DNA from: Felis catus
Taxonomy: Eukaryota
Assembly: GCF_018350175.1 (NCBI RefSeq)
Contig: NC_058368.1
Coordinates: 170,812,001 to 170,876,000, forward strand
Direction of reading: 5' to 3'
Length of the DNA: 64,000 bases
The notes under the pieces are model-generated. The model was not told the DNA's origin. It did not search any database and saw only the letters and a program-made list of their open reading frames with translations. Made by a program: the position numbers and the translations under genes. Shown in pieces: positions 12,592 to 25,699 of the stretch (its first letter is position 1; each line of letters begins with the position of its first letter).

Positions 12592-12952
12592 TGTCTTAAC
12601 CTATTCTGGTTGCTGTCACAGAATACCGTAGGCTGGCTTAAACAATGAACATTTATTTCTCACAGTTCTGGAGGCTGGGAGCTCCAGACCAGATGCCAGC
12701 GTGGTCGGATTTTTGGTGAGGACTGTGTTCCTGATTTACAGACTGATGCCTTCTTTCCACATCCTCACATGGTGATGTGAGTGAGCTCTGGTTCCTTCAT
12801 TTTCTTATACAGGCGCTAATCCCTTCATGGGACTCCACCCTCAAGACCTGAGATCTAATTACCTCCCACGGCTTCACCTCCAAATACCATCACACTAAGG
12901 ACTAGGACTTCAACATTTGAATTCTTGGGGACACAAGCATTCATCCACGGTA
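12592..12952 (-). mobile_element. MaLR solo LTR (MLT1A-like)
   Basis: ATTTATTTCTCACAGTTCTGGAGGCTGGGA...CTAATTACCTCCCA...ACTTCAACATTTGAATTCTTGGGGACACA. Confidence 0.85.
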
Positions 12953-13724
12953 TTAGCTTCAATAAAATGAATGCCAGGTAGAGACCCAGATATTGTGACC
13001 ACAGACAAGAAAAAGAGTTTCACACAATTTCCAACGCATCTAAGTGGAACCTTCTCCTTATTCTGTTTGTTCTCTCTCTCTCTGTCTCTCTCTTTCAACC
13101 TCTCTCCCTTCCTCCTTTCTTCTCTTCTTACCTCTCTTTACCTTACAAATTCCAGAGAATCATTACCGTCCGAAGATTCAAATGTAAACAACATTTGCAG
13201 TGCTAGACACCCTAACAATTCCTATTAACTTTTTGGCCTACTTTAAAGAAAATTTTCAGTACCATTATGGGTTTCAAAATGTTTTTTTGACCTAGGGCAA
13301 GAATATATTCCTCATTCCAATGTCCCACTTTATCATTCTACCTTTTGTAAATGTAACTTAAGGCCCCTCTGTGCTATATCCTCTTTATTTTTAGCTCATA
13401 AAAGAAGCATGGGATAAATCTCCTGTATTTAACATGCTGTATATTTAATATTAATCTTCCACAATTCCCAAGCCTTGGGATTTCTCCAGATTTTTTGGCT
13501 TAAAGTTTACAGGGCCTGATTTGCCAATTTTTTTTTTTCAAGGAAATACCGCCCTATTTATTTTCAATCTGTAAAATTTACCTGGAATGTCAGGGCTCTG
13601 CCTACTATGTTATAAACAGTTGGTGGAATAAATAAAAAACTACTTACCTATGTACTACACCCTTGAAAATAGTCAAAACTCAGATTTTACTAATAGGACA
13701 TCCAAGTCGTTTAAAAAATATATA

Positions 13725-13930
13725 GGGGTGCCGGGGTGGCTCAGTCAGTTGAGTGTCCAGCTTGGGCTTAGGTCATAATCTCATGGCTCGTGAGTTCGAA
13801 CCCCGGTTGGGCTCTGTGCTGACAGCGCAGAGCCTGGAACCTGCTTTGGATTATGTGTCTTCCTCTGTCTCTGCCCCTCCCCTGCTTGCTGTCTCTCTCA
13901 AAAGTAAACAAACATTAAACATTTTTTTAA
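13725..13930 (+). mobile_element. Felid Can-SINE
   Basis: SINEC head, body and tail. Confidence 0.9.
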
Positions 13931-14160
13931 GGGGCGCCTGGGTGGCTCGGTCGGTTAGGCGGCCGACTTCGGCTCAGGTCATGATCTCGCGGTCCGTGAG
14001 TTCGAGCCCCGCGTCGGGCTCTGTGCTGACAGCTCAGAGCCCGGAGCCTGTTTCAGATTCTGTGTCTCCCTCTCTCTCTCTGACCCTCCCCTGTTCATGC
14101 TCTGTCTCTCTGTCTCAAAAATAAATAAATGTTAAAAAAAAATTAAAAAAAAAATTTTTT
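13931..14160 (+). mobile_element. CpG-rich felid Can-SINE inserted into the tail of the preceding SINE
   Basis: GGGGCGCCTGGGTGGCTCGGTCGGTTAGGCGGCCGACTTCGGCTCAGG with a long A tail. Confidence 0.92.
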
Positions 14161-14468
14161 TTAAATAAAAGGTATATGTAAGTTGCATAATTGTATTGGC
14201 AATGTCCACCAGGAAAATGAATAGTTTACACACATAACTTGGGATGCAGACAAGGATTGGTCACATTTAACTGTCTTTTGTTTTCTTTATGGGGCAGTTT
14301 ATACTGAACTGAAAGTATAACAAGACTTTCAGTTCTAAATTTGACCTACGTGTTGGAGATTATTGCATTGTCCTTTCTGTGGTCATCGGTTTTCCTCACA
14401 TTTACTTTTTGTTATTTAAAAGACTGCTTGAATCTTTGGGATCCTTCATGATTTAGAAGAGAAAAACA

Positions 14469-14680
14469 GGGGCACTGGGGTGGCTCAGTCAGTTAAGTGT
14501 CTGACTCCTGATTTTGGCTCAGGTCATGATCTCTCACAACTCATGAGATCAAGCCTCGTATCAGGCTCTGTGCTGGGAGTGCAGAGCCTGCTTAGGACCC
14601 CCCCCCCCACACACACACACACACACTTGCTTGTGTGTGTGTGCTCACACACACTCTCAAAATAAATTTTTAAAAAAGAG
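14469..14680 (+). mobile_element. Can-SINE with the linker converted to (CA)n/(TG)n
   Basis: TSD AGAGAAAAACA at 14458-14468 and 14681-14691. Confidence 0.88.
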
Positions 14681-15204
14681 AGAGAAAAACATACATCATA
14701 TCATAGCATTTCCTCACCTAACCCTCCACTGTCTCCCTATCACACTCACCCTTCTATGTGTGACCCTTAAAGTCCTGCCTGGAAAGTCTCCTTGCGGACC
14801 TTATGATTCTCTTTCCATGTGCCTTCATTCATGGCACTTAAGTGACCTTTTATTCCTCCAATATGAGAAATTGTAGTCCTTGGAACTTTGAATTCTTGTT
14901 TGAAACTAGAATATAAATTCCCTGAGGGTTTGGACCCCATTGTACTATGTCCAATGTCTGGAATATTTCCTGATACATATTGAGTATTCTGTAAATATTT
15001 GTTGGATGATTTGACTGGCCAAAGATTCTTACTTTATTCATTAATTCATTGATACATTCACTCACCACCTAAACAAACTACAAGTATTTATTGAGCATAT
15101 ACTTAGTCCCTACTGCTGTGGAGTCATGAAGAGACATGTGGCATGTATGTGCCAGGAGTTTATGTTCTTTAGTTCATCACTTGCTAAATACAGAATACTC
15201 AGTA

Positions 15205-15775
15205 TGTTAATTTTCTATTACTAACTGCCACAAATTTAACAGCTTAAAACAACTCATTATCTCACAGGTCTGTAGGTGTGAAGTCCAGTGGGCTCTACTG
15301 GGTTCTCTGCCTAGAGTCTCACAGGGTGGAAATCAAAGTGTTGGTCAGATGGGCTCTTATCTGTAGGCTCTAGGAAGAATCTGCTTCCTTGCTCAATTCA
15401 GGTTGTTGGCTAAATTCACTCTCATGTGGTTGTATGACTGATGTCCCTGTTTCCTTACTTCTTATCAGCCAGGAACTCTCAAAAGCTGCCTGCATTTCTT
15501 GGCACATGCCTCCCTCCATTTTCAAAGCCAACTAGAGAGCTTCAACTCCCTGTTTTTCTTTTCTGTTCCCAGCCAGAGAAATTCTCTGCTTTTCAAGGGC
15601 ACATGAGATTTGATTAGGCCTACCTGAATAATCTCCCTTTTGTCATTTAATTTAATATAATCATGGAAATGCTACCTCATCATATGCATAGATTCCACCC
15701 ACGTTCACAGGGGAGGGCACTTAATATGGGGGCTAAGTCCATAGAGTGGTCATTCTTAGCATTCTGCCTATTCCA
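15205..15775 (-). mobile_element. MaLR LTR (MLT1E-like)
   Basis: AGCTTAAAACAA...ATCTCACAG...AATCAAAGTGTTGG...ATTCTGCCTA. Confidence 0.75.
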
Positions 15776-16334
15776 CCCAGACCAACCTACTCTTAATAAT
15801 CACTGTGTGATGCATGAGGTTTTTAACATAATGCATTTAACCTAATCAACTCCAAACATGGTTTCTGTAGGAAAGTAAATTAGGAGCCCAAAGGCTGACC
15901 CAGACATAAGGATAAATTCGAATGTCATTGGTTTTCAGTCCTTTCAGAGACTCATTCACTGACAAGTGTTTTGGTTTGTTTGTTTTCTAATGTGTAGCAC
16001 TTATTCTGTGTTCTCATGCTCTTCCTTTTATTCTTTTCTCCTGTTGTTTTCTCCAGGTTTTATGTTAGGAAATCAATTCTGCTACTTCAAAGCATTAACC
16101 ACAACAAGTATTTTCAAAGGTCTTCAAAACTATTTGCTGTATCTTAGAAAACAAGCTCAAACACAGATCAGCCATCAAAAAGAAAGAATGACGGCTGAGG
16201 CTGAGGCTGACACTATGTGGCATCTTGGGACACCAAAATATAAATATACAATATACTCTGATACATTTCTTTTTTCGTGTTACTCTCTTTTATTTCGCTT
16301 CCCTTAATAATATGTCTTAGAAATCTTTCCATTT

Positions 16335-17105
16335 ATATATTAGTTTGCTATTGCTGCGTCACAAATTAAGACAAATTTAAGCATAACACAACACCCATAT
16401 ATCACCTCATAGTTCTGGTGGACAGAAGTTGGGTGTGACATGACTAGATTCTCTCCATTCCAAACTCAAGGTGTCAGCAGAGCTGTGTTTCTTTCTGGAG
16501 GCTCTGTGGAAGAATTTGCTTCCAGGCTCATTCGGTTTGTTGCTCATTCAGAATTCCTTGTGGTTGCCTTGACACTTACCTTCTTTGTCTTCAAGCCTGC
16601 AGTGGCGATCACATTCTTCTCAGGCTTTGAAATCTTAGACTTACTTTTCTGCCTTCCTCTTCTGCTTTTATTTTATTTTATTTTATTTTTAATTTTTTTT
16701 TCAATGTTTATTTATTTTTGGGACAGAGAGAGACAGAGCATGAACGGGGGAGGGGCAGAGAGAGAGGGAGACACAGAATCGGAAACAGGCTCCAGGCTCC
16801 GAGCCATCAGCCCAGAGCCCGACGCGGGGCTCGAACTCACGGACCGCGAGATCGTGACCTGGCTGAAGTCCGACGCTTAACCGACTGCGCCACCCAGGCG
16901 CCCCCCTCTTCTGCTTTTAAAGGCTCATGCAGTTATGTTGGGCCCATCTGGATAATGCAGAATAATCCCTATATTTTAAGGCCAAAGTGATGAGTAACCC
17001 TAACTACATTTGCAAAGTTCTTTTTGCCATGCTACGTAGCATGTTCATAGTCCTGTGGGATTAGAGCATAGGGTCTTCTTAGGGGTCATAATTCTGTCTA
17101 CTACA
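16335..17105 (-). mobile_element. MaLR LTR (MLT1-like) interrupted by a SINE
   Basis: TATTAGTTTGCTATTGCTGC...CTCATAGTTCTGG...TTTCTGGAGGCTCT...ATTCTGTCTACTACA. Confidence 0.75.
16671..16904 (-). mobile_element. Young SINEC_Fc-like element
   Basis: Perfect 15-bp TSD CCTCTTCTGCTTTTA at 16656-16670 and 16905-16919. Confidence 0.94.
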
Positions 17106-17346
17106 TTTTAGTGCATATGGATCCTTTTCACTCTTTTCATTGCTACAGGGTAATTTATTTCATACTGTGGTTTCTATAATGTATTTATCCAGGTTCTAGA
17201 TAGTTACTTAACATTTTTCCAGTTTAAAAAATTATAAATAGTATTATCATGAATATCCTTGCAAGCATATTGACACACAAGTAAAAATATTTCTTTAAGA
17301 TATATTCTAAGAAGTGGCTTCTATGAGACAAAAAATATATTAATTT

Positions 17347-17570
17347 GGGGCACCTGGGTGGCTCGGTTGGTTGAGCGTCTGACTTCAGCTCAAGTCATGA
17401 TCTCACCGTTGTGAGTTCAAGCCCCACATCGGGCTCTGTGCTGACAGCTCAGAGCCTGGAGCCTACTTCAGATTCTGTGTCTCCCTCTCTCTGACCCCCC
17501 CACCACTTGAGCTCTGTCTCTCTCTCTCACCCTCTCTCAAAAATTAATGAACATTAAAAAAATAAAAAAA
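17347..17570 (+). mobile_element. Felid Can-SINE inside an ancient minus-strand L1M remnant (about 17130-18050)
   Basis: SINEC head GGGGCACCTGGGTGGCTCGG; flanks are T-rich and L1-like. Confidence 0.88.
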
Positions 17571-18074
17571 TTATTTTATACATTTTATAGTTGCTGCTAA
17601 ATTGCAAGGCTTTACCAATCTGCAATCCTGCCAGTAGTATGAGTCTGCCTCTTTACCAACATATGCATCTAACCAATCCTGGATAACATCAGTCTTTTTT
17701 GGGGGGGGGGGGAGTAATATATGTGGTAAAAATAATTCATTACTTTGATGTACTTTTTCTAATTATAATACTAAAATGTCATGAATATTTCCTGGGTTTA
17801 CAGGACATTTTCAATCCTCTGTGAGTGGGTCATCATATTCTTTACCTTTTCCTATTTCTTGCTTTCTTTGTAATGATTTTTGTTTTTTTTTTTTTTTTTT
17901 CTTGGTATCTAGGAGCTACTTATATATTCAAATTTTAATCTGTATGATACCTATCTTTATATGTAATCTGTATCATATTGATAGATGAATGAAGTAAATG
18001 TTTTTTCCTAGTTTTGCTTTGCTTATGCTATCTTGTGCAATTTTCATTTTTTATAGTGATTTGAACTGGGTTTT

Positions 18075-18504
18075 TTTTTTACATTTTAATTTAAATTCCA
18101 TTTAGTTAACATACAGTGTAATGTTAGTTTCAGATGTACAATATAGTGATTCAACATGTCCATAAACATCCAGTGCTCATCACAACAAGTGCACTCCTTA
18201 ATCCCTATCATCTATTTTACTTATCCCCCCCAACTGACCTCCCCATTGGTAACCAGTAGTTTGTTTGATTAGACAATTCCATACATCTTGCTATGCTCAG
18301 TATGATAAGCATAGTTACCATCTGTCACCATTCAGTTATCTCAATATTATTGACTATATTTCCTCTGCTCTACTTTCATTCCCATAACTTATTTATTTTA
18401 TAACTGGAGCTTTGAACCTATTAATCCCCTTCACCCCTCCAACCCCCTCTCCTCTCACAACCACCAGTTTGCTTTCTGTATTTATGATTCTGTTTCTGTT
18501 TTAT

Positions 18505-18543
<39 letters not shown>

Positions 18544-18600
18544 TACATCTTCCTTATCCATCCATCTATGGATGGACACTTAGGTTGCTTCTATATCTTG
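18075..18600 (-). mobile_element. Carnivore L1 3' fragments (two abutting 3' UTR types) with (CA)16 at 18509-18540
   Basis: TTAAATTCCATTTAGTTAACATACAGTGTAATGTTAGTTTCAG is the reverse of the 9300 L1 end. It is followed by GTTACCATCTGTCACCA... and GATGGACACTTAGGTTGCTTC. Confidence 0.82.
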
Positions 18601-20884
18601 GTGTGAGTTTAGTGAGCTTATGTGTGCATTTATATTTTTAGTTCTTCTGGTGGATTACTTTTGTAACTTTAAACAATATCCTTCAACTTCTATTTTATGT
18701 TTCATTAAACTTAAGCAGTATATATCATCTTTCCACTGAGAAAAAAATAAGGAAAGTAACATACATACGTTTGCTTTTATTCATCTCCACCTTCAGATTC
18801 TCTCTTGTCATGTCTCTGTTTTACATTGGTAAGGGTTATATCATTTATATTTACATATCTTATGTATTTGTTTGGGTTCAACATTTAAATGGTCTTGATG
18901 CTCATCACTAGCCCTTTATCGCATTTTTTTCTCTCATTACGTGGCTGAATGTATTCATTCAAGTAGTTGAGTTTTTGTCTCTCTTTGTGTCTTCTTGTTT
19001 TTTCTGTTTGCAGAAGGACGTAGCAGCAATATATCCCCTGAGTTCTTTCATGACTTTTATGTCCACTTTATACTTGGAGGACATATTGTAATATTTGCAG
19101 GACACCTGGCTCTCACCTCAGCAATCTATATGCATTCCTCTGTGGTCTCCTTGCACTGAAAGCTGCCTTGCAAAAATCTGACACCACCTTGATATTTCCC
19201 TTCGTACAGATGGTCTGCTTTCTTCTGTCTACAGGTCTAAGAATCCTTTCTTCATCCTTGAAGGTCAATAACTTAAGCAGTTGTGTGTCAGTTTCCCCAG
19301 CTCTTTTCCTGTGAGGAAAGCAGCACTAGCATTTCCCCCCATCTTACAGTTGTGCACCAAACCACAGCTCAGAACAGCTGTACAAACAGTGGAACCAAAG
19401 TTGTTACAACTCCCAGCCTAGTGGAGACTTGACCACATTGCCTGGCATCTGTACAAGTCTTCTTTATTGGCCTTTGGGATTCTGGGTCTTTTAAGTTTCA
19501 ATGTGTACAAAAAGTCTAATTTAAGCAATCTTGTGGGCTTTTGATAATTTCCTATACTTATCTCTTTAAGTCAAAGCAGATGGAACATTTGAGCTATTTT
19601 GGTTTCTGTAACTCTCTGGCCCATTTCTTATGGAACTTCTGAACCCTTATCTAAGGTTCTTCCTCCCCCTTCATTCACCTATAAGAAATTCTGAAGCTAA
19701 ATACATGTCTTTGTTTTCATTTTTCTTTTTCTGAGAGACAGAAGTTCAGAATTTCAGCAAATCTACTTCCTTCCCTGTGCTCCATGCATTTTCTACTACT
19801 GCTGTATAGTGGTAGCTACCCTGTATTCTGCTTTGTTGTACATGGGCCTGTCTCCTGAAAGAGGCAGATTATCTCTAAGCTAGGAATAATGATTTTTTCT
19901 CCTGTATCTGTCATCCTTTTCCTCTGCCTTCTCCCCTCCTTACAAGCATACAAACAACACCTTATACCCCAGTGTACTCATAGCACATAACAAACACAAT
20001 ACATATTCACTGACTTGAATCCAATTGTTTACAAAAAAACTTGTTTAGGATCCCAGCATTTTGAGTGCTAGGAATATTTTAGAACTAGCCATGATTTCTA
20101 AAAGACAGTGGGACTTCAAATACATTTAATAATTCAATAAACTTAAGTCACATTACTTTCAAAAATCACACCACTTTAAAAAATGATCAGGTTAATCCAG
20201 TTTTGCAGGAGAGCACTTTTCATGGAATATTATGTATTTTAAAATCTAAATGTACATCGCATATTTCCCTATGTTTTGGAACAGATATCTAGTTTCATAG
20301 AGCTTGACATGCTGATAGATACAGGGAGAAATAATGTTGAAAAACACAATTTCTCACACATACACTTTGCATTCTAGTCTTGGCTTCTACTCCTCACACT
20401 TTAACCTGGAAGCACTTACATTTTTTCATGAATAATATATTGAACGTGTCATAGGTTCTGACAATCTGTGTAATCTATCCTTTGAAATACTCCTTTGAAT
20501 GTTTGAATTCATTCAAAACTACAGTATCCAACTTTTAAATTATCTTCCTGCTTTTGCCTGTGAAGTTATTGCTATAGAGACTTAGCCACGCTCAGGGTTT
20601 AATGGCTCTGGATCCTGCAGAATTCCAGAAATGCCACCTTATTTTAAGTTGAATATCATTGAGAAAAAGCCCTATTACACACTGATTCACAATGTTCATA
20701 CTTTCTGTTTATGCATATAGTAGGCCATTTGGTAGAGGCTAAATGATTATGCTATCTTTTGCTAGAAAGCAGAAAGAAGAATCTTGAGAGGAAGATTCTT
20801 CCTCTCAAGTCACATGTGTGACTACCTTAATAGTAGTAACACCAGCCATCACTACCATGTGTTACTGACTGTGGACCAAGCTTT

Positions 20885-21120
20885 AGGGTGTCTGGGTGGC
20901 TTAGCTGGTGAAGCGTCCAACTTTGGCTCAGGTCATGATCTCACAGTCTGTGAGTTCAAGCCCCATGTCAGGCTCTGTGTTGACAGCTCAGAGCCTGGAG
21001 TCTGCCTTGGATTCTTTGTCTCCCTCTCTCTCTGCCCCTCCCCGCCCTCATGCTCTGTCTCTGTCTCTCTCTCTCTCTCTCTCTGTCAAAAATCAATAAG
21101 CATTTTTTTTAAAAAAAAAA
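20885..21120 (+). mobile_element. Felid Can-SINE inserted at a MIR
   Basis: SINEC body with degenerate TSD TACT(G/T)ACTGT(G/A)GACCA. Confidence 0.88.
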
Positions 21121-21310
21121 GTACTTACTGTAGACCAGCTTTAGCTAAAAACTTCATGTACATCAGTTTACTTAATCTTCATACCTATAAGGCTGTCTAA
21201 TTATATTAATTTCACAGATAAAGAAACTGAGACTCAGAAAGATTAGGTAACTTTCCCAAGGTCATAGAACTGGCTCATGGCAGAGTCAGGACTGGAACAC
21301 AAAATCAAAG
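21121..21310 (-). mobile_element. MIR
   Basis: TTTCACAGATAAAGAAACTGAGACTCAGAAAGATTAGGTAACTTTCCCAAGGTCATA. Confidence 0.85.
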
Positions 21311-22139
21311 ATGACTTCAGAGTTTATTATCTTAGGTCCTCTGCTGTCTGCCTTCCCCTACCGTACCATGCTATAAATTATGTTGGACCCAAAGCCAGAG
21401 ACACTGATGACCAGAGACCTAAGCATGGCAAGAAGTCAAGGGCTAGCAGTGAAACGAGGCAAGCAAGGTACATCCACTTTAAAGATCACATAGCAGGAAA
21501 AAACTCACATTTTTAAAAAAAGACACAGGTGCTTTGCAGCAGGTGTACCTCTTAGGTTTGCTTCTGCTTTTTTACTCTTGGATTCAGTTCTTGAAAGCTA
21601 CTTGTTTGACATAATGAGAATCACTTTACATGCTATAATTAAAAAATTAAATCTGTCTCAAATAAATTAAGAATATGTGCAAATGCATATTCCATTCTTT
21701 TTAGGACAAGTGTAGGTGGGAATAAGAATAGCTCCACAGATGTAACTCTTCCAGGTGCAGGCAGCTTTATAACTTAATCAATACCCAGAATGACGGTAAC
21801 ATCAAAAGTGAAACATCCCCAGTGTGAGTCAGTGGTAAGAAACTGGATAGAAGACTACTTACTCAATTCTTTGTAGCTACGTTCAACTTCCATTTAATTA
21901 TTGTATCTCTTTACAAGTAGTTGCCCTTTTTTGCCAGTTTTTTGGGGGCACAAATGTAGTGCAATACTCCTGGGCTGATTATTCAGGCTGGTCTTAACTG
22001 GCATACTCAGCTCCAGAGCCTACTGATGACTACAGGCTGATGCTTAAATAGCAGCTCCTGATGCTTTCAAATATCGTGAAGAGCTTTAGGGGTAGGATAT
22101 ACTGTCTCCATTTACCATAAGCCACTGCTCTCCAGCCTA

Positions 22140-22392
22140 GTGAGTAAGACCACAGACTCCAGGCCAGACTATTTAAATTCAAATTCCAGAACTGCTACTA
22201 ATTGTATGAGCTTCAGCATGTTATTTAACTTGGCTGTTCTTAATGTGTAAAATGGAGATAATGGAATTATACATAAAAATATTATATATAGGATTAATAC
22301 GATACACCTAGGATATAATAGGATTGGTATATGTGGTAAATTACTTGGAACAGTGCCTGTCACATAGGAAGTGCTATAGAAAAGTTGTTAAA
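22140..22392 (+). mobile_element. MIR, near full length
   Basis: TGTAAAATGGAGATAAT core and CAGTGCCTGTCACATAGGAAGTGCT 3' end. Confidence 0.8.
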
Positions 22393-24615
22393 TAAAAATA
22401 TTTAAGTTCAAGTGGGAGTTCCGAGCACTTCACTCTCGTATTATTCAACCCTCCTTTAGAAGTATTTGAGTTTGAGATTCCTAAATAATCTCTTAAAGTC
22501 TGAACTGGCTCTAGGATTCTTAGAGTAATCCTTCAGAGAGGGCTTTAAAAGAATTTGTGTGTAAAACACCTTGCTTATTTAAATTTATTATAATCCGAAA
22601 CATTGTTTAATAAGACTTAATATCCTGGAAAGGCACTTGATGTTTTTTTTAAGTATATATGAGTTGAGGCCACTTAAGGCTTAGAAGGAACTTCAACATA
22701 TTGAAACCCTCAAGAGTTTGATAAAATTGTATTTTCTATTCTTTAAATAAAATACCACAGAACACAATAGATCATTTGATCATTTTATAAAGATCAAGAG
22801 ATTTTATAATTGTCATAAAGCATAGAGAATCTCTGAACAATCACCATATACAGGCAAAGTTGATTTACTTTATAATTTTCTGAAGCATCACTGAAACGTT
22901 TTAATTACTAAATGGACTGTTGATACTAGTACTTAAAAATTAGTAACCTTCCATATAATTCCTCATATCAACTCTTTAAGAAGGTTGCTTTAATGATATA
23001 TAATAATTATACCTTTCATGTATTTAGCATTTTTTTCCTATTTTGGTAAATGTTCATTTTTTTATCAATAAATCTTAAGAGATTTATAAATAATAAATTG
23101 AACATTGCATAAGTAGACTATAATAAATAAGCACATCATCTTTACTTGGAAGGAAATATGGCCTTTAATGGTTAAAACATTGATTCAACTATTTTGTAGA
23201 TTTAAGAATTTTTGAGACGATTATCTCCAAGCCAAGCACTATTGCCTCTCTTAAACATAATATGATTTTTATCTTTTATATCTCTACAACTTTGGCTGAA
23301 CTTCACATCTGGCACTTCTCTCAAGCACTCCTATGTGCTCACAAAAGGGGAAGAAATTCTTTCTAACCAAGGAGCAAGCTGAAACTATTTTTTCTTTACT
23401 ATAGTATGAAACCTCAGAAACTTATAAATGAATACCGTAGAAATTTTGATCAACATTAAACTAAGTGCAGAGTTTCTTGCCGTTGTCATTCTTTCTTTCC
23501 CTAGCAGCTTTAACTGCATTAACTGGTAGCAGTTATGAGTGGCAGTAATAGGTTCAAAATGGTCTCAAATACTGAGGATAATTCCAATTTTAGGTATCGG
23601 ATAGAATATTATTTAGAAAACATTTCAAATGTCTGGAATAACGTTGACATTGTCTGCTTCTGGCCAAGATGGAATAAAAGGGACTAATTTACACTCTTTC
23701 TGAAACACAACCAAAAACTCTGCATCATGGTTTCCAGACATTGAATATCTGGCAGCCCAGGACAGTGATCCTTGAAAAAGGGAGCACAAGTAATATGAGT
23801 CCCACAATTACCTGAAGAGAGTTTCCAGGCTGCCATATAGGGAGGGAGAAACCAAGAGCCACCCCGAAATCTCCCTGGGTTGAGGAGACAGAATAGAGTC
23901 TGAGAGGTCAAGGAGACCAGAGTTCACAGAGCAGAGTGCCCTAGAGGAGAAAGCTGCTCTGAGAGGAATCTCTGGAAAGCTGCAGATACTACTCCCCCCA
24001 GGTCTTCTGCAGAGTACTGATCCACACGTGCATGTGAGAAGGCCAGGGAAAGAACCACAGAGCAGAGGGAACAATGCTTGCAGCACACTTAGGGTTGAGA
24101 AGAGTCTGTGTTTCCAATAGAGAAGACGAATTTAACAAAGTTTAAAAGCAAGCCTCAAAAGGATCACACTGTTTACAAGTAGTGTAACTTAACTGCACCC
24201 AGTTAAGAATCATAATGTCTATCACCCAGTCAAAATTATGAGAAATGCATGCAAAAAGCACATCCATAGTGAGACTGGCTGAAAGCAGGTGGAAAAAATG
24301 AATCAAGAGGAATATCCTTAGAAATGACACAAGTGAAAGAAATAGTATATAGAGACATTGAAACAGTTGCTGTAACTGTGTTCCATGTATTCAAGAGGGT
24401 AGAGGAAAGACTGAGGATGTAAAATACGTGTTCAAAAAAAAGACCAAAATCAAACATCAGGAGGTGAAAACTGTGACAAAATGTTTACTGGATGGAATGA
24501 ACAGCAGATTAGACATTTCAGAATTAAAAGTGAACTTTAAGACATAGCATTATCCAAGGTGTAACACAAAGAAAAAATGACATCAGTAAGCTTTGGAACA
24601 ACTTCAAATATATGT

Positions 24616-24620
<5 letters not shown>

Positions 24621-24664
<44 letters not shown>
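24621..24664. repeat. (TA)22 microsatellite
   Basis: Direct read. Confidence 0.95.
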
Positions 24665-24665
<1 letters not shown>

Positions 24666-24940
24666 CTGGAATCATTGAAGAATGATGGGGGATTGAATAT
24701 TTAAAGAAATAATATGCAAATTATTCCAAACTTAATGAAACTTATAAAGCCACACATCCAAGAATCTTAAGAAATTTCAAGCACAAGGAGCATGAAGAAT
24801 GTGATACCAAGGCACAGCATATTCAGTATTCTTAGAACTAAAATAAGATACCATAAAAAGCATCCAGAGAAAAGACACATTATATCAGAAGAAGAAAGAA
24901 AAGGATGACATTAAATTTTCATCAGAAATAATGCAACTAA

Positions 24941-25169
24941 GTGGCGCCTGGCTGACTCAGTCGGTTAAGTGTCCACCCCTTGGTTTCTGCTCAGGTCATG
25001 ATCTCACAGTGTGTAGGATTAAACCCCACATCAGACTCCTTGCTGACAGCACAGAGTCTGTTTGGGATTCTTTCTCTCCCTCTCTCTCTGCCCCCTGCCT
25101 TCCTTACCGGCATGTACATATGTGCTCTCTCACTCTCTCTCTCTTTCAAAATAAATAAACTTAAAAAAA
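24941..25169 (+). mobile_element. Can-SINE inserted in the L1 ORF1 remnant
   Basis: Degenerate TSD AGAAATAATGCAACTAAG / AGAAAGAATGCAAATAAG. Confidence 0.88.
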
Positions 25170-25699
25170 GAGAAAGAATGCAAATAAGAGACATCAAAGC
25201 ATTATTTTAAAAAAGCAGCCTGGTGTTCTAAACTTGGTGAAAATAACTTTCAAAAGTGAAGGCAAAATAAGGCCTTTATTCGTCATACACAACCTAATAG
25301 AATTCATCACTAGCATACATACAATACCAGAGTAGACTTGGTTATGCACTATAAAATGGAACTTACCAATCTATGCTTTATTCACTTTCCAGCACGCTCT
25401 CCAAGGACAGCTATATTGTTTAATATTGTCTTAAACAAAGAGCAGGATGAGTTGAGTTCACCAAGTTTCTTGAACACAGAGCCACACAAGGTTATGAATT
25501 GGGATGGACATAGGACATTCTAATCCAGAGGGATTAGGAGAGATTTCCTATCACAGCCCTGATAGTTTTACCATTTCATTTGTTTAACAAAAATAAGTGC
25601 CAGTATGTGGTAAACCTCAGAATGAGTTCTAGCTGTTCCCTGGGGTTTTGTGTCTGTTCGTTGAGGCCTGTCATAGAGCCTCGTTCAGCCCATAATTCT

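Larger units (their letters stand above)
23655..25320 (+). mobile_element. Ancient L1MC-like 5' UTR plus decayed ORF1
   Basis: CTTCTGGCCAAGATGGAATAAAAGGGAC...GGACAGTGATCCTTGA start. ORF1-like GGATGGAATGAACAGCAGATTAGACA, ATCCAAGAATCT, TTCAAAAGTGAAGGCAAAATAAG. Confidence 0.75.
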
